From Bacteroidales bacterium (GTDB taxonomy: Bacteria > Bacteroidota > Bacteroidia > Bacteroidales > JAAYUG01): 64,000 bases of DNA. A program made the position numbers and the translations under genes. Location: NCBI GenBank assembly GCA_012517825.1, contig JAAYUG010000111.1, forward strand, positions 4,948 to 68,947, written 5' to 3'. The notes under the pieces are model-generated. The model had not been told where the DNA came from and did no database searches. It saw nothing but the letters and a program-made list of their open reading frames with translations. Below, piece after piece: positions 18,563 through 30,797 of this stretch. The first letter of the stretch is position 1; every line of letters begins with the position of its first letter.

Positions 18563-19192
18563 ATGCCAGGAATTATAGGGAAAAAATTGGGGATGACCTC
18601 GGTATTTACGGATGATGGAAAGCAGGTACCCTGCACCATTATTCAGGCAGGTCCCTGTGTAATTACCCAGATAAAGACCGTCGAAAGGGATGGTTATAAG
18701 GCATTGCAGCTGGCTTTTGATGATGCCAAGGAAAAGAATACTCCCAAAGCCATGGTGGGCCATTTTAAAAAGGCCGGAACCACACCGAAGCGCAAGGTAT
18801 TGGAGCTTAAAGGGTTCGTTCTTCCATGGAAAGTCGGTGATGTTATAACCGTCGACTATTTTAAGAATGACAACTTTGTTGATATTGCTGCCATTTCGAA
18901 AGGCAAAGGTTTTCAGGGAGTAGTAAAAAGGCATCATTTTAAAGGAGTAGGCGAAGTTACCCACGGACAGCACGACCGGCTCAGAGCTCCGGGCTCCGTT
19001 GGAGCTTCTTCATTCCCGTCCCGTGTACTTAAAGGTCTTCGTATGGCAGGCCGAACCGGAGGCAAGCGGGTGAAGGTTCTGAACCTTGAGATCGTCAAAA
19101 TCCTTTCCGAGCAGAACATTATGCTCGTAAAAGGCGCAGTGCCCGGCTCAAAAGGATCGTATGTAACAATATACAGCCCCGAAAGGGAATAA
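18563..19192 (+). CDS. rplC: 50S ribosomal protein L3
   Basis: [32 protein letters not shown]...; S10 operon order. Confidence 0.97.
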   Translation: MPGIIGKKLGMTSVFTDDGKQVPCTIIQAGPCVITQIKTVERDGYKALQLAFDDAKEKNTPKAMVGHFKKAGTTPKRKVLELKGFVLPWKVGDVITVDYFKNDNFVDIAAISKGKGFQGVVKRHHFKGVGEVTHGQHDRLRAPGSVGASSFPSRVLKGLRMAGRTGGKRVKVLNLEIVKILSEQNIMLVKGAVPGSKGSYVTIYSPERE

Positions 19193-19211
19193 TTAATTAC
19201 GTTGGGGAATT

Positions 19212-19835
19212 ATGGAACTGAATGTACTTTCAATTACAGGCAAGGAAACAGGGCGAAAAGTGGTTCTCGATGATGCCATTTTTGCCATTGCTCCAAATGA
19301 CCATGCCATTTATCTGGATGTAAAACAATATCTTGCTGCGAACAGGCAGGGTACGCATAAAGCCAAGGAACGGAATGAAGTGAGCGGCAGTACCCGTAAA
19401 ATCAAGCGGCAGAAAGGAACCGGCGGCGCCCGCGCAGGTGGTTTGCGTAACCCGCTTTTCCGCCACGGGGGTCGTATCTTCGGTCCTGTTCCCCGTGACT
19501 ATGACTTCAAGCTGAACAAAAAGGTGAAAAAACTCGCCCGCAAATCAGCTCTTGCCTACAAAGCAAAAGAAAATGCCATCCTTGTGGTGGAAGATTTTCA
19601 GCTGGAAGTTCCTAAAACAAAGGAATTCCTTAAGATCCAGGAAAACCTGAATCTGGGCAATAAAAAATCGCTTCTGGTGCTCAACGAACCGAACAAAAAT
19701 ATATATTTGTCGTCTCGAAATTTGCCCGGGAGCAAGGTTGTAACAGTCTCAGAATTAAATACATACGATATAATGAATGCTTCAGCTTTGCTCTTTGTTG
19801 AGAGTTCGCTGGGCAAACTTCAGGAAATCCTATAA
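19212..19835 (+). CDS. rplD: 50S ribosomal protein L4
   Basis: ...[36 protein letters not shown]...; synteny. Confidence 0.96.
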   Translation: MELNVLSITGKETGRKVVLDDAIFAIAPNDHAIYLDVKQYLAANRQGTHKAKERNEVSGSTRKIKRQKGTGGARAGGLRNPLFRHGGRIFGPVPRDYDFKLNKKVKKLARKSALAYKAKENAILVVEDFQLEVPKTKEFLKIQENLNLGNKKSLLVLNEPNKNIYLSSRNLPGSKVVTVSELNTYDIMNASALLFVESSLGKLQEIL

Positions 19836-19850
19836 TAAAAAGTAAAGGCA

Positions 19851-20141
19851 ATGGATATCCTTATTCGTCCGATAGTGACAGAAAAAATGACCCACCAGGG
19901 AGAAACCATGCAGAGGTATGGTTTCATCGTTGACAAAAGAGCCAACAAACTGCAGATAAAGAAAGCAGTGGAGGCTTTGTACAACGTAACGGTGCAGGAA
20001 GTGAATACGATGCGGTATCGTGGAAAGAACAAAACACGGTACACGAAATCAGGAGTAATTGAGGGGCGTACGAGTTCGTTCAAGAAAGCGATCATTACCC
20101 TCAAGGAAGGAGAAACGATTGATTTTTACAGCAATATCTGA
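19851..20141 (+). CDS. rplW: 50S ribosomal protein L23
   Basis: MDILIRPIVTEKMTHQGE...; synteny. Confidence 0.95.
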   Translation: MDILIRPIVTEKMTHQGETMQRYGFIVDKRANKLQIKKAVEALYNVTVQEVNTMRYRGKNKTRYTKSGVIEGRTSSFKKAIITLKEGETIDFYSNI

Positions 20142-20147
20142 TAAACG

Positions 20148-20972
20148 ATGGCAATAAAGAAGTTTAAGCCGGTTACTCCGGGTCAGCGATTGAAGCTGAT
20201 TGTATCGACCGAAGGTCTCTCCAAGGTAGAGCCGGAAAAGTCGTTGCTTGAGCCGTACAGGAAAAGTGGCGGGCGCAACAATTCGGGGAAAATGACCATG
20301 CGCTATATCGGCGGCGGGCATAAGAAAATGTACCGGATTGTCGATTTCAAGCGCGATAAGGATAACATGGCCGGAAAGGTTGCAACCATTGAATATGATC
20401 CCAACCGGACAGGCTATATTGCCAAGCTGGTTTATGAAGACGGCGAAAAACGGTATATTCTTGCACCCGAAGGGTTGCAGGTGGGACAGACACTTCTATC
20501 CGGTCCGGGAGTACCTCCGGAAATTGGAAATTGCCTTACCCTGGCAGAAATTCCCCTCGGAACCATTGTGCACAATATTGAAATGAGGCCCGGACAGGGA
20601 GGAGTGATTGCACGAAGTGCCGGTTCTTATGCCCAGTTGCTTTCGCGTGAAGGGAAATACGCAACGCTGAAAATGCCTTCGGGTGAAACCCGTATGGTTC
20701 TTGCTGCCTGCAGGGCTACGGTGGGTGCCGTATCAAATTCAGATCACGGCATTGAAAAATCGGGTAAGGCAGGCCGCACACGCTGGCTGGGTCGGCGTCC
20801 GAGAACCCGTGGTGTTGCCATGAACCCGGTTGACCATCCCATGGGTGGTGGTGAAGGACGTGCTTCCGGAGGCCATCCGAGGTCACGGAAGGGTATCAAG
20901 GCCAAAGGCTACAAGACCCGTAAGAAAAAGAATCCGACCAGCAAATACATTATTGAACGCAGAAAAAAATAA
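20148..20972 (+). CDS. rplB: 50S ribosomal protein L2
   Basis: [14 protein letters not shown]...[16 protein letters not shown]. Confidence 0.97.
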   Translation: MAIKKFKPVTPGQRLKLIVSTEGLSKVEPEKSLLEPYRKSGGRNNSGKMTMRYIGGGHKKMYRIVDFKRDKDNMAGKVATIEYDPNRTGYIAKLVYEDGEKRYILAPEGLQVGQTLLSGPGVPPEIGNCLTLAEIPLGTIVHNIEMRPGQGGVIARSAGSYAQLLSREGKYATLKMPSGETRMVLAACRATVGAVSNSDHGIEKSGKAGRTRWLGRRPRTRGVAMNPVDHPMGGGEGRASGGHPRSRKGIKAKGYKTRKKKNPTSKYIIERRKK

Positions 20973-20980
20973 TCTAGCAT

Positions 20981-21256
20981 ATGAGCAGATCCCTTAAAAA
21001 AGGTCCGTTTATTGACGTTAAACTCGAGAGAAAAGTTCTGAAAATGAACGAGTCGGGCAAGAAATCGGTCATCAAGACCTGGGCCCGGGCATCAGTTATT
21101 TCTCCCGATTTTGTGGGACATACTATTGCCGTACACAATGGCAACAAGTTCATTCCGGTGTACATTACCGAGAACATGGTAGGCCACCGGCTTGGAGAAT
21201 TTGCTCCCACACGGACGTTCAGGGGGCACAGTGGAAGTAAGGCTAAAAATGCTTAA
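20981..21256 (+). CDS. rpsS: 30S ribosomal protein S19
   Basis: [19 protein letters not shown]...[29 protein letters not shown]. Confidence 0.97.
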   Translation: MSRSLKKGPFIDVKLERKVLKMNESGKKSVIKTWARASVISPDFVGHTIAVHNGNKFIPVYITENMVGHRLGEFAPTRTFRGHSGSKAKNA

Positions 21257-21278
21257 TTCAATTTAAGATCGTACTGCA

Positions 21279-21701
21279 ATGGGTGCACGTAAACGTGAAA
21301 GCGCTGAAAAGCGTAAGGAAGAGATGAAAGATGTTGCCAGGGCTGTTCTGCGCAACTGTCCTTCTTCTCCCCGTAAAATGAGGTATGTTATCGACATGAT
21401 CCGGGGACTCGAAGTCAACAAAGCTCTTGATATTCTGCATTACAGCAACAAACAGCCGGCCCGGGTTGTGGAAAAGCTCCTCAAATCGGCTATTTCAAAC
21501 TGGCAAAGCAAAAACGAAGGGCTGCGTATTGAAGATACCACTTTGTATATCCGTGAAGTATTCGTGGATCAGGGGCGCACCCTCAAGCGGATTCAGCCGG
21601 CTCCCCAGGGCCGTGCCTACCGGGTGAGGAAACGTTCCAACCACGTTACCCTGATCCTGGATCATACCCAGCCTGTAACTAGCGAAGTTCAAACAAATTA
21701 A
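21279..21701 (+). CDS. rplV: 50S ribosomal protein L22
   Basis: ...[34 protein letters not shown]...; synteny. Confidence 0.95.
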   Translation: MGARKRESAEKRKEEMKDVARAVLRNCPSSPRKMRYVIDMIRGLEVNKALDILHYSNKQPARVVEKLLKSAISNWQSKNEGLRIEDTTLYIREVFVDQGRTLKRIQPAPQGRAYRVRKRSNHVTLILDHTQPVTSEVQTN

Positions 21702-21710
21702 TGCCTGCAC

Positions 21711-22412
21711 ATGGGACAGAAAGTAAATCCAATAAGCAACCGACTTGGAATCATTAAAGGATGGGATTCCAACTGGTATGGTGGTGACGATTACGCAGCA
21801 CGTATTCTCGAAGATGCCAAAATCAGGGAATACCTGAGTGCCCGTCTTGCCAAAGCCAGTGTTTCGAAAATCATCATTGAACGGACGCTGAAACTTATCA
21901 CGGTCACTGTCAATACAGCCCGTCCCGGTATAATTATCGGCAAAGGAGGACAGGAAGTGGACAAGCTGAAGGAAGAGCTGAAGAAAATAACCAAGAAGGA
22001 AGTGCAGATAAATATATATGAAGTTAAGCGGCCTGAACTGGATGCAACCATTGTAGCCAACAATATCGCCCGGCAGATTGAAGGGAAAATCTCTTACCGC
22101 CGTGCCGTAAAAATGGCTATAGCCTCCACCATGCGGATGGGTGCTGAAGGAATCAAGGTGAATGTATCGGGTCGTTTGGGGGGTGCCGAAATGGCCAGGA
22201 ATGAGACCTTCAAGGAAGGAAGAATTCCTCTGCACACGCTCAGGGCAGATATTGATTATGCCGTGGCCGAAGCTCTTACCAAGGTGGGTCAGATTGGTGT
22301 GAAGGTATGGATCTGCAACGGAGAAGTTTACGGACGTCGCGATCTTTCGCCCAATGTCGGGGCCAAGAGTCCGAAACCCAAAGGACAGTCATTCAGAAAG
22401 AAACGGAAATAA
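21711..22412 (+). CDS. rpsC: 30S ribosomal protein S3
   Basis: [25 protein letters not shown]... Confidence 0.97.
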   Translation: MGQKVNPISNRLGIIKGWDSNWYGGDDYAARILEDAKIREYLSARLAKASVSKIIIERTLKLITVTVNTARPGIIIGKGGQEVDKLKEELKKITKKEVQINIYEVKRPELDATIVANNIARQIEGKISYRRAVKMAIASTMRMGAEGIKVNVSGRLGGAEMARNETFKEGRIPLHTLRADIDYAVAEALTKVGQIGVKVWICNGEVYGRRDLSPNVGAKSPKPKGQSFRKKRK

Positions 22413-22434
22413 ACGCACTATATAGTTTACTACT

Positions 22435-22863
22435 ATGTTACAGCCAAAGAAAACAAAGTACAGAAGGCAGCAGAAAGGACGGATGAAGGGGAATGCCCAG
22501 AAGGGAAATACCCTTGCATTTGGCTCATTTGGAATAAAGGCACTGAAGCAGGCATGGATTACCCAGCGTCAGATTGAAGCTGCCCGCCAGGCGGTTACCC
22601 GTCATATGAAACGTGAAGGGCAAATCTGGATCAGGATATTCCCGGATAAGCCTATAACCAAGAAACCGGCTGAAGTTCGTATGGGTAAAGGAAAGGGAGC
22701 TCCTGAAGGGTTTGTCGCTCCGGTCACTCCTGGTCGCATTCTCATCGAAGTTGAAGGAGTACCTTATGATGTTGCCCGGGAAGCTCTGCGCCTCGGAGCA
22801 CAGAAACTGCCTATCGTAACCAAGTTTGTGGTACGGCGGGATTATGTTGAAACCACCAATTGA
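22435..22863 (+). CDS. rplP: 50S ribosomal protein L16
   Basis: [33 protein letters not shown]... Confidence 0.97.
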   Translation: MLQPKKTKYRRQQKGRMKGNAQKGNTLAFGSFGIKALKQAWITQRQIEAARQAVTRHMKREGQIWIRIFPDKPITKKPAEVRMGKGKGAPEGFVAPVTPGRILIEVEGVPYDVAREALRLGAQKLPIVTKFVVRRDYVETTN

Positions 22864-22871
22864 CCCGAACC

Positions 22872-23069
22872 ATGAAAAAGAAATCATTCATAAAGGAAAT
22901 GTCCGATAAGGAACTAAGGGAACGCATCGATGCAGAAAAAGATGTGCTCCGGAAACTGATACTGAACCATGCTATCTCTCCGCTCGATAATCCTTTGAAA
23001 ATAAGAAGCACGCGCAGGGATATCGCACGGATGCTCACGGAACTCAGTATGAGGCAAAACAAAAAGTAA
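22872..23069 (+). CDS. rpmC: 50S ribosomal protein L29
   Basis: MKKKSFIKEMSDKELRERIDAEKDVLRKL... ATG at 22872 preferred over the TTG at 22860. Confidence 0.93.
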   Translation: MKKKSFIKEMSDKELRERIDAEKDVLRKLILNHAISPLDNPLKIRSTRRDIARMLTELSMRQNKK

Positions 23070-23081
23070 TTTTTCGACAGT

Positions 23082-23339
23082 ATGGAAAAGAGAAATTTAC
23101 GCAAAGAACGCGTTGGTGTTGTAGTCAGCAACAAAATGAACAAGTCGGTTGTGGTGGCCGTCAAACGGAGGGTGAAACACCCGAAATACGGGAAATTCAT
23201 CAATAAAACCACCAAGCTGATGGCTCACGATGAGAACAACACCTGCCAGGTGGGTGATACTGTCCGGATTATGGAAACCCGTCCGCTGAGCAAGAATAAA
23301 TGCTGGAGATTAGTAGAAATTGTTGAAAAGGTTAAATAG
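23082..23339 (+). CDS. rpsQ: 30S ribosomal protein S17
   Basis: ...[33 protein letters not shown]... Confidence 0.96.
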   Translation: MEKRNLRKERVGVVVSNKMNKSVVVAVKRRVKHPKYGKFINKTTKLMAHDENNTCQVGDTVRIMETRPLSKNKCWRLVEIVEKVK

Positions 23340-23341
23340 CC

Positions 23342-23707
23342 ATGATACAGCAGGAAACAAGGCTCACAGTAGCCGATAACAGTGGTGCCAAAGAAGTTTT
23401 ATGTATCCGCGTTCTTGGAGGAACCGGAAAGAGATATGCCACCATCGGTGACAAAATTGTTGTCACTGTAAAAAGTGCCATTCCTTCAGGCGAAATCAAG
23501 AAGGGAACCGTTACCAAGGCTGTGGTAGTTCGGACAAAGAAGGAAATCAAGCGGCCCGATGGTTCCTATATCCGATTTGATGACAATGCGGTGGTATTGC
23601 TCAACAATATGGACGAAATCAGGGGTACCCGTATTTTCGGACCGGTGGCCCGTGAACTTCGTGACAAGTACATGAAGATAATTTCATTGGCTCCGGAAGT
23701 ATTATAG
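23342..23707 (+). CDS. rplN: 50S ribosomal protein L14
   Basis: [27 protein letters not shown]... Confidence 0.97.
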   Translation: MIQQETRLTVADNSGAKEVLCIRVLGGTGKRYATIGDKIVVTVKSAIPSGEIKKGTVTKAVVVRTKKEIKRPDGSYIRFDDNAVVLLNNMDEIRGTRIFGPVARELRDKYMKIISLAPEVL

Positions 23708-23735
23708 ACAACAAGATATTAACGCAGCACGTGTT

Positions 23736-24059
23736 ATGACAGCTAAACTGCATATTAAAAAAGGCGACCTGGTTATTGTAAACTCGGGTGAGTCGAAAGG
23801 CGTAAAAGGCCGGGTGCTTGAAGTTCTGGTAAAAAAGAACAAAGCCATCGTGGAAGGGGCTAATATGGTATCACGGCACACCAAGCCCAATGCCAAATAC
23901 CCCCAGGGGGGTATTATTAAGAAGGAGGCGCCGATCCATATTTCGAACCTGAGCCTTATTGATCCTTCTTCAGGGAAACCAACCCGCATTGGTCGTCGCC
24001 TTAACAGTGAAGGAAAATTAGTACGATATTCTAAAAAATCCGGGGAGGAACTGAAGTGA
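23736..24059 (+). CDS. rplX: 50S ribosomal protein L24
   Basis: ...[26 protein letters not shown]...; synteny. Confidence 0.95.
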   Translation: MTAKLHIKKGDLVIVNSGESKGVKGRVLEVLVKKNKAIVEGANMVSRHTKPNAKYPQGGIIKKEAPIHISNLSLIDPSSGKPTRIGRRLNSEGKLVRYSKKSGEELK

Positions 24060-24616
24060 TGGAATATATACCAAACCTCAAGAAAAAGTATCGTCAGGAG
24101 ATTGTACCTGCTCTGATGAAAGAGTTCAGCTATAAAAGTATCATGCAGGTACCCCGCCTGGAAAAGATTGTTATTAACCAGGGCGTTGGAAAGGCAGTGG
24201 CCGACAAGAAGCTCATTGAAACCGCCCAGAGTGAACTGGCACAGATAACAGGGCAGAAGCCTATTGTTACGGTGGCCAAGAAAGACATCTCCAATTTCAA
24301 GCTGCGTCGCAAGATGCCCATTGGGGTGAAAGTCACCCTGCGCCGCGACCGGATGTACGAATTTCTGGAGCGTCTTATCAATACTGCCCTGCCGCGTATC
24401 CGTGACTTTAAGGGAGTTCCGGCCAAATTTGACGGCAAAGGGAACTATACCCTTGGTATTTCGGAACAGATTATTTTCCCCGAAATTGACATTGATAAGG
24501 TGTCGAGCATTCTGGGTATGGAAATTACCTTTGTTACCAGTGCCCGGACCGATGAAGAGGCCATGGCGCTTCTCCGTGAATTTGGCATTCCATTCAGAAC
24601 AGCAAAAAAGAATTAA
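24059..24616 (+). CDS. rplE: 50S ribosomal protein L5
   Basis: [44 protein letters not shown]. The ATG overlaps the rplX stop (TGATG). Confidence 0.96.
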   Translation: MEYIPNLKKKYRQEIVPALMKEFSYKSIMQVPRLEKIVINQGVGKAVADKKLIETAQSELAQITGQKPIVTVAKKDISNFKLRRKMPIGVKVTLRRDRMYEFLERLINTALPRIRDFKGVPAKFDGKGNYTLGISEQIIFPEIDIDKVSSILGMEITFVTSARTDEEAMALLREFGIPFRTAKKN

Positions 24617-24619
24617 TAT

Positions 24620-24889
24620 ATGGCAAAAGAGTCGATGAAAGCCCGCGAAGTAAAGCGGAAAAAACTGGCTGACAAATACGCTGCGAAGCGCAAACAACTG
24701 AAGGCTGAAGGAAACTATGCCGCCCTGCAGTTGCTTCCCCGGAATTCAAATCCTATCAGGCAGAGAAACCGCAGTACCCTTACCGGCCGTCCGAGAGGAT
24801 ATATGAGAATTTTCGGGCTTGACAGAATTACATTCCGTGAAATGGCTTCACGGGGGTTGATTCCCGGTGTCAAAAAAGCCAGCTGGTAA
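24620..24889 (+). CDS. rpsN: 30S ribosomal protein S14
   Basis: [20 protein letters not shown]...[11 protein letters not shown]. Confidence 0.96.
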   Translation: MAKESMKAREVKRKKLADKYAAKRKQLKAEGNYAALQLLPRNSNPIRQRNRSTLTGRPRGYMRIFGLDRITFREMASRGLIPGVKKASW

Positions 24890-24920
24890 TTGTTTAACCT
24901 GTAATGATCGAGTAAAATAT

Positions 24921-25313
24921 ATGGATCCGATTTCTGATTTTCTTACACGCATACGCAACGCCGTTAAAGCCCGGCACAAAGTGCTTGAGGTCCCTGCTTC
25001 CAACTTGAAGAAGGACATTACAAGGATTCTCTATGAGAAAGGGTATATCCTGAATTATAAGTTTGAAGATAAAGGCCCTCAGGGAAGCATTAAAATTGCT
25101 CTGAAGTACGATGAAGCTACCCGTCAGCCGGCCATCCGGCACCTGGAGAGAGTCAGTACACCGGGTTTGCGTAAGTATGTGGGGAGCGAAGAACTGCCGC
25201 GTGTGCTGAACGGTCTCGGTATTGCCATTGTTTCTACCTCCCAGGGAGTTATGACTGACAAGGAAGCCCGTCAGAGAGGTATTGGCGGTGAAGTAATATG
25301 TTATGTTTATTAA
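24921..25313 (+). CDS. rpsH: 30S ribosomal protein S8
   Basis: MDPISDFLTRIRNAVKARHKVLEVPAS... Internal ATG of ORF 24867-25313. Confidence 0.96.
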   Translation: MDPISDFLTRIRNAVKARHKVLEVPASNLKKDITRILYEKGYILNYKFEDKGPQGSIKIALKYDEATRQPAIRHLERVSTPGLRKYVGSEELPRVLNGLGIAIVSTSQGVMTDKEARQRGIGGEVICYVY

Positions 25314-25328
25314 TCCGGAGGACGCAAG

Positions 25329-25889
25329 ATGTCACGTATAGGTAAATTACCAGTTCAGATACCTGCCGGTGTTACCGTGAAGGTTGAGGAGGATAATACA
25401 GTTGTTGTTAAGGGTAAGCTGGGAGAACTGAGGCAAAAGGTTCACCCCGACATTACCATAGAAATTGAAGATAATAAGGTGCATGTGAAAAGGCCTTCCG
25501 ATGAAAAACAGCATAAGGCACTTCACGGACTCTACAGGGCTCTCATTCACAATATGGTGGTGGGCGTCTCACAGGGATTCAAGGTGGAACAGGAACTTGT
25601 AGGCGTAGGGTACAGGGCTGAAGCCAAAGGACAGATGCTCGAGCTTACCCTGGGATATTCCCACGATATTGTTTTCCAGATTCCCGATGAAGTTAAGGTA
25701 GAAACCCGCACCGAACGAAGAAGCAACCCGATTATTACCCTTACCAGTTGCAATAAACAACTGCTGGGTCAGGTTGCCGCCAAGATCCGTTCACTGCGCA
25801 AACCGGAACCCTATAAGGGAAAAGGAATCAAGTTTGTGGGTGAAGTATTGAGAAGAAAAGCCGGAAAATCAGCTAGTGCAGCTAAATAG
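25329..25889 (+). CDS. rplF: 50S ribosomal protein L6
   Basis: MSRIGKLPVQIPAGVTVKVEE... Confidence 0.96.
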   Translation: MSRIGKLPVQIPAGVTVKVEEDNTVVVKGKLGELRQKVHPDITIEIEDNKVHVKRPSDEKQHKALHGLYRALIHNMVVGVSQGFKVEQELVGVGYRAEAKGQMLELTLGYSHDIVFQIPDEVKVETRTERRSNPIITLTSCNKQLLGQVAAKIRSLRKPEPYKGKGIKFVGEVLRRKAGKSASAAK

Positions 25890-25907
25890 TATTTAACGAT
25901 CCGAGAT

Positions 25908-26267
25908 ATGGCATTATCAAAACTTGAACGAAGGAAACGAATTAAACTCAGAATCCGGAAACATATATCCGGAACTGCAGATAAACCGAGAATGGCTGTT
26001 TTCAGAAGCAACTGCCAGATTTACGTGCAGTTGATTGACGACCTCAGGGGGCATACCCTTGTAGCAGCCAGTTCACTCGAAAAAACGGTTAAGGACCAGG
26101 GGAAGGTTAAGAAAATTGAACAGGCCCGCCTGGTGGGTAAACTGGTTGCTGAAAAGGCAAAGCAGGCCGGAATTGAAGAGGTAGTATTTGACCGCGGAGG
26201 TTATCTGTACCATGGGCGTGTTAAGAGCCTGGCAGATGCCGCCAGAGAAAGTGGTCTTAAATTTTAA
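25908..26267 (+). CDS. rplR: 50S ribosomal protein L18
   Basis: ...[37 protein letters not shown]...[23 protein letters not shown]. Confidence 0.96.
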   Translation: MALSKLERRKRIKLRIRKHISGTADKPRMAVFRSNCQIYVQLIDDLRGHTLVAASSLEKTVKDQGKVKKIEQARLVGKLVAEKAKQAGIEEVVFDRGGYLYHGRVKSLADAARESGLKF

Positions 26268-26273
26268 TTGATT

Positions 26274-26789
26274 ATGGCAAATTCAATCAGACGCGTAAAA
26301 ACAACTGACCTGGAACTCAAAGACAGGCTGGTAAGCATACAGAGAGTAACCAAAGTTACCAAAGGTGGCCGTGCCTTCAGTTTCTCAGCCATTGTTGTGG
26401 TGGGGAATGAAGATGGCATTGTAGGATACGGCCTTGGAAAGGCCAATGAGGTCACCACGGCAATATCCAAAGGCATTGAAGATGCCAAGAAGAACCTTAT
26501 CCGGGTTCCGGTATTGCATGGAACCATACCGCATGAGCAGGAAGCCAAGTTTGGCGGGGCGAGAGTTTTTATCAAACCAGCCACCAGTGGTACCGGAGTT
26601 AAGGCCGGAGGTGCCATGCGCGCGGTTCTTGAAAGTGTCGGTATCAAGGACGTGCTTGCCAAATCAAAAGGATCGTCAAACCCGCATAATCTGGTAAAGG
26701 CTACTTTCAATGCCCTGCAGAATCTGCGCGATCCTTACACAATTGCCCGGCAGAGGGGTATTCCTCTTGAAAAAGTATTCAAAGGTTAA
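26274..26789 (+). CDS. rpsE: 30S ribosomal protein S5
   Basis: [39 protein letters not shown]... ATG at 26274 preferred over the TTG at 26268. Confidence 0.96.
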   Translation: MANSIRRVKTTDLELKDRLVSIQRVTKVTKGGRAFSFSAIVVVGNEDGIVGYGLGKANEVTTAISKGIEDAKKNLIRVPVLHGTIPHEQEAKFGGARVFIKPATSGTGVKAGGAMRAVLESVGIKDVLAKSKGSSNPHNLVKATFNALQNLRDPYTIARQRGIPLEKVFKG

Positions 26790-26980
26790 TGAGTAACACC
26801 ATGGGAAAGATCAGGATTATCCAGGTACGAAGCAAAATCGGCAGCACCCTGCGCCAGAAAAGAACACTCGAAGCGCTGGGTCTCGGAAAGATCAACCGTA
26901 CAGTTGAAGTGGAAGCCACTCCCCAGATTCAGGGAATGGTCAATAAAGTTAAGCATCTTGTAAAGGTAGAAACATTATAA
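26789..26980 (+). CDS. rpmD: 50S ribosomal protein L30
   Basis: [35 protein letters not shown]... The start overlaps the rpsE stop (TAATG); an alternative ATG is at 26801. Confidence 0.93.
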   Translation: MSNTMGKIRIIQVRSKIGSTLRQKRTLEALGLGKINRTVEVEATPQIQGMVNKVKHLVKVETL

Positions 26981-26993
26981 CGGAAGAAATATC

Positions 26994-27446
26994 ATGGATC
27001 TGAGTCAGTTAAAACCAGCAGAAGGTTCCGTGCATGCTGATGTCCGGAAGGGCAGAGGACAGGGGTCTGGTAAAGGCGGAACTTCTACACGCGGGCATAA
27101 GGGAGCACAGTCGCGTTCAGGTTATTCCCGTAAGATCGGGCATGAAGGCGGTCAGATGCCGTTGCACAGGCGCTTGCCTAAATTCGGCTTCCGGAATATC
27201 AACCGGAAAGAATATAAAGCCATTAACCTGGAAGTTATTCAGGCATTGGCCGACAAGAACGGAATTACCGATATTGATGTACAGACCCTTATTGATGCCG
27301 GTCTTGCCTCAAAAAATCACCGGATTAAGATTCTGGGCAACGGTCAGATTACATCAAAACTGAATGTCACAGCCCATGCCTTTTCCAAAAAAGCAAAAGA
27401 AGCCATCGAAGCAAAACAGGGAACTGCTGTAAAAATTGAGGATTGA
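26994..27446 (+). CDS. rplO: 50S ribosomal protein L15
   Basis: [37 protein letters not shown]... Confidence 0.96.
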   Translation: MDLSQLKPAEGSVHADVRKGRGQGSGKGGTSTRGHKGAQSRSGYSRKIGHEGGQMPLHRRLPKFGFRNINRKEYKAINLEVIQALADKNGITDIDVQTLIDAGLASKNHRIKILGNGQITSKLNVTAHAFSKKAKEAIEAKQGTAVKIED

Positions 27447-28783
27447 TGAGACAGTTTATCAACACTCTGAAGAACATTTATAAGATCGAGGACCTAAGGT
27501 TCCGGATTCTTTATACCCTGGGTATTATTCTGATATACCGCCTGGGAAAGGAAGTTACCCTGCCGGGTATTGACCCGACAATGCTGGGTGCTCTGGCAAG
27601 GCAGACCCAGAGCGGAGTGCTCGGTTTGCTTGATATGTTTTCAGGCGGAGCTTTTTCGCAGGCTTCCATTTTTGCCCTGGGCATCATGCCTTATATTTCT
27701 GCCTCGATCGTAGTTCAGCTTCTCACAATGGCAGTTCCTTATTTTCAGCGGCTCCAGAAGGAAGGAGAAAGCGGACGGAACAAGATGAACCAGATAACCC
27801 GTTACCTTACGGTACTCATCATGGTGATTCAGTCACCGGCCTATCTGGCCAACCTGCATGCCCAGCTTCCTCCTGAAGCATTCATTGTACGCGGGCCGTT
27901 CTTTACCGTTTCATCGATCATCCTGCTGACTGCCGGAACCATGTTCATTATGTGGCTTGGCGAGAGAATTACTGACCGGGGAATCGGCAACGGTATCTCC
28001 CTCATCATTATGATTGGAATCATTGCCCGGTTACCCTATGCATTTGGTGCTGAACTGGCCGCACGGCTCGAAGGTTCCGGCGGACTGGTTGCCCTGCTTG
28101 CCGAACTGATCCTGTTGTTTGTGGTTTTCATGTTTACCATTCTGATTGTTCAGGGAACAAGGCGTATTCCAGTACAGTATGCCAAACGCATTGTTGGCAA
28201 CAAGCAATACGGAGGGGTTCGTCAGTACATACCTCTGAAAGTGAATGCTGCCGGTGTTATGCCCATCATTTTTGCGCAGGCGCTTATGTTTATTCCTGTT
28301 ACCATTGCCGGGTTTGCCCGTGCCGAATCACTTACGGGAATTGCTGCCGCCTTTGCCAATTTTACCGGCTTATGGTACAACCTGGTTTTTGCCCTTCTGA
28401 TCATTCTGTTTACGTATTTCTATACAGCCATCATCATAAATCCAACGCAGATGGCTGAAGACATGAAAAAGAACGGAGGCTTCATACCCGGTGTAAAGCC
28501 CGGCAGAAAAACTGTTGAGTTTCTTGATACCATCATGTCACGCATCACGTTGCCCGGAGCTATCTTTCTCTCCATCATTGCTATACTTCCTGCCATTGCC
28601 GTGTTGTTCGGTGTAAACAATCAGTTTGCGCAGTTTTACGGAGGCACATCCCTTCTCATTCTGGTAGGGGTTGTGCTTGATACCCTGCAGCAAATTGAAA
28701 GCCACCTGCTGATGCGGCATTATGACGGATTGATGAAGAGCGGACGAATTAAGGGAAGAAGCGGTTATGCTGCTTCCATGTAA
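27446..28783 (+). CDS. secY: Preprotein translocase subunit SecY
   Basis: [26 protein letters not shown]...; multi-TM. The ATG overlaps the rplO stop. Confidence 0.96.
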   Translation: MRQFINTLKNIYKIEDLRFRILYTLGIILIYRLGKEVTLPGIDPTMLGALARQTQSGVLGLLDMFSGGAFSQASIFALGIMPYISASIVVQLLTMAVPYFQRLQKEGESGRNKMNQITRYLTVLIMVIQSPAYLANLHAQLPPEAFIVRGPFFTVSSIILLTAGTMFIMWLGERITDRGIGNGISLIIMIGIIARLPYAFGAELAARLEGSGGLVALLAELILLFVVFMFTILIVQGTRRIPVQYAKRIVGNKQYGGVRQYIPLKVNAAGVMPIIFAQALMFIPVTIAGFARAESLTGIAAAFANFTGLWYNLVFALLIILFTYFYTAIIINPTQMAEDMKKNGGFIPGVKPGRKTVEFLDTIMSRITLPGAIFLSIIAILPAIAVLFGVNNQFAQFYGGTSLLILVGVVLDTLQQIESHLLMRHYDGLMKSGRIKGRSGYAASM

Positions 28784-28823
28784 AAAAGTGTAACTAATAA
28801 AAGATAAGAATAAACGTTCTTTG

Positions 28824-29612
28824 ATGATTTCCCTGAAAACAGCAGAAGAAATTGAGTTACTCAGAAAAAGTAATCTGCTGGTTTCAAAAACGCTGGCTGA
28901 AGTTGCCAGAAACATTCGCCCCGGAATTACGACCAGGGCGCTTGACAGAATAGCCGAGCAGTTTATCCGGGATCACGGAGGAGTACCTGCTTTTCTCGGT
29001 TACCGCGGTTATCCGGCAACCCTTTGCACTTCGGTCAACAGTGTGGTTGTGCATGGTATTCCGTCTGAATATCAGCTGAAAGAAGGCGATATTATCTCGG
29101 TTGACTGTGGGGCCATTCTGAATGGGTATGTCGGTGATTCGGCCTACACCTTTCCGGTAGGGGAAATACCTTCCCAGGTATTCCGCCTGATGAAAGTAAC
29201 ATACGAATCGCTGTTTCAAGGTATCCAGCAGGCTGTTGAAGGGAAAAGAGTGGGTGACATAGGATATGCCGTACAGACGCATGCCGAGCAGAATGGTTAC
29301 AGTGTGGTAAGGGAGATGGTTGGACATGGTATAGGCAAGCGTTTGCATGAAGAACCCGAGGTTCCAAACTACGGACGTAGGGGAACAGGTGCAAAACTCC
29401 GGCAGGGAATGGTTATCTGCATTGAGCCGATGATCAATATGGGAACCCGGTTGATTGTGCAGGAAAATGACGGCTGGACCATACGGACTTCCGATAACCT
29501 TCCGTCGGCTCATTACGAACTGGCGGTAGCTGTTGGAAAAGAAAAGGCCGATATTCTGTCAACTTTTTCATATATTGAAGAGGTAATGAATATTTTTAAT
29601 AACAAACTGTAA
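28824..29612 (+). CDS. map: Type I methionine aminopeptidase
   Basis: [19 protein letters not shown]...VVHGIP...DCGA...GHGIG...; ATG at 28824. Confidence 0.95.
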   Translation: MISLKTAEEIELLRKSNLLVSKTLAEVARNIRPGITTRALDRIAEQFIRDHGGVPAFLGYRGYPATLCTSVNSVVVHGIPSEYQLKEGDIISVDCGAILNGYVGDSAYTFPVGEIPSQVFRLMKVTYESLFQGIQQAVEGKRVGDIGYAVQTHAEQNGYSVVREMVGHGIGKRLHEEPEVPNYGRRGTGAKLRQGMVICIEPMINMGTRLIVQENDGWTIRTSDNLPSAHYELAVAVGKEKADILSTFSYIEEVMNIFNNKL

Positions 29613-29613
29613 A

Positions 29614-29832
29614 ATGGCTAAGCAACCTGCAATAGAACAGGATGGTACCATTACCGAAGCATTATCAAATGCCATGTTCCGTGTGGAGCTGGCCAACGGG
29701 CATGTCATTACGGCCCACATTTCGGGCAAAATGAGGATGCATTACATAAAGCTTCTGCCCGGTGACCGCGTGCGGGTGGAAATGTCGCCCTATGATTTGA
29801 CGAAAGGAAGAATTACCTTCAGGTATAAATAA
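29614..29832 (+). CDS. infA: Translation initiation factor IF-1
   Basis: [42 protein letters not shown]... Confidence 0.97.
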   Translation: MAKQPAIEQDGTITEALSNAMFRVELANGHVITAHISGKMRMHYIKLLPGDRVRVEMSPYDLTKGRITFRYK

Positions 29833-29847
29833 GAAAAGAACTGATTT

Positions 29848-29964
29848 ATGAAAGTACGTACCTCCATTAAGAAAAGAAGCCCCGAGTGCAAGATTGTGCG
29901 TCGGAAAGGAAGACTTTATGTTATTAACAAGAAAAACCCCAAGTACAAACAACGTCAGGGATAA
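29848..29964 (+). CDS. rpmJ: 50S ribosomal protein L36 (single Cys, zinc-ligand-poor form)
   Basis: Not in the ORF track (38 aa). My translation is [38 protein letters not shown]. It lies between infA and rpsM as expected. Confidence 0.93.
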   Translation: MKVRTSIKKRSPECKIVRRKGRLYVINKKNPKYKQRQG

Positions 29965-29983
29965 AATTTAATTACAGTATAAT

Positions 29984-30361
29984 ATGGCTCGTATAGTAGG
30001 TGTTGATTTACCGAAAAACAAACGGGGAGAAATAGGATTAACCTATATTCTCGGAATCGGACGCAGTTCTGCCCGTAAGATTCTGGCGCAGGCCGGTATT
30101 GATTATGATACCAAGGTAAAGGACTGGACGGATGACCAGCTGGCCAAAATACGTCAGATCATTAATGAACAGTACAAGGTGGAAGGAGAACTTCGTTCCA
30201 TGGTGCAACTGAACATTAAGCGGCTTATGGATATCGGCTGTTACAGAGGAATCCGGCACAGAGCCGGTTTGCCTGTACGCGGTCAGAGAACCAAGAACAA
30301 CGCACGTACCCGCAAAGGAAAGAAAAAGACCATTGCCAATAAAAAGAAAGCAACCAAATAA
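29984..30361 (+). CDS. rpsM: 30S ribosomal protein S13
   Basis: [30 protein letters not shown]... Confidence 0.97.
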   Translation: MARIVGVDLPKNKRGEIGLTYILGIGRSSARKILAQAGIDYDTKVKDWTDDQLAKIRQIINEQYKVEGELRSMVQLNIKRLMDIGCYRGIRHRAGLPVRGQRTKNNARTRKGKKKTIANKKKATK

Positions 30362-30370
30362 ACGTTAAAC

Positions 30371-30760
30371 ATGGCTAAGAAGACAGGAACATCCCGTAAG
30401 AAGGTTGTTAAGGTTGAACCGTTGGGGCAGGCACACATCCAGGCCTCGTTCAACAATATTATTGTTAGTTTGACCAACAACAGCGGCCAGGTAATTTCCT
30501 GGTCGTCGGCAGGTAAAATGGGATTCAGAGGGTCCAAGAAGAATACACCCTATGCTGCTCAGGTGGCTGCGGAAGATGCCGCCAAGGCCGCTTATGATGC
30601 AGGCCTGCGTAAGGTGAAGGTGTTTGTTAAAGGTCCCGGAGCCGGACGCGAATCGGCTATCAGAACCATTCATAATGCAGGAATTGAGGTAACGGAAATC
30701 GTTGATGTTACCCCGCTGCCGCATAACGGCTGCAGGCCCCCGAAACGCAGAAGAGTATAA
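30371..30760 (+). CDS. rpsK: 30S ribosomal protein S11
   Basis: ...[39 protein letters not shown]... Confidence 0.97.
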   Translation: MAKKTGTSRKKVVKVEPLGQAHIQASFNNIIVSLTNNSGQVISWSSAGKMGFRGSKKNTPYAAQVAAEDAAKAAYDAGLRKVKVFVKGPGAGRESAIRTIHNAGIEVTEIVDVTPLPHNGCRPPKRRRV

Positions 30761-30797
30761 TGTTTTGTTGTAAAAAATTGTAATAATATACAGATAC

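Noticed and set aside
21495-24697. Antisense ORFs 21495-22235 (246 aa) and 23702-24697 (331 aa) across rplV/rpsC and rplX/rplE/rpsN
   Set aside because: Same reasoning. They span several sense-strand gene boundaries, show no recognisable domains, and have no independent promoter or start context.
28884-29513. 209-aa minus-strand ORF
   Set aside because: It lies antisense within map and has no motifs.
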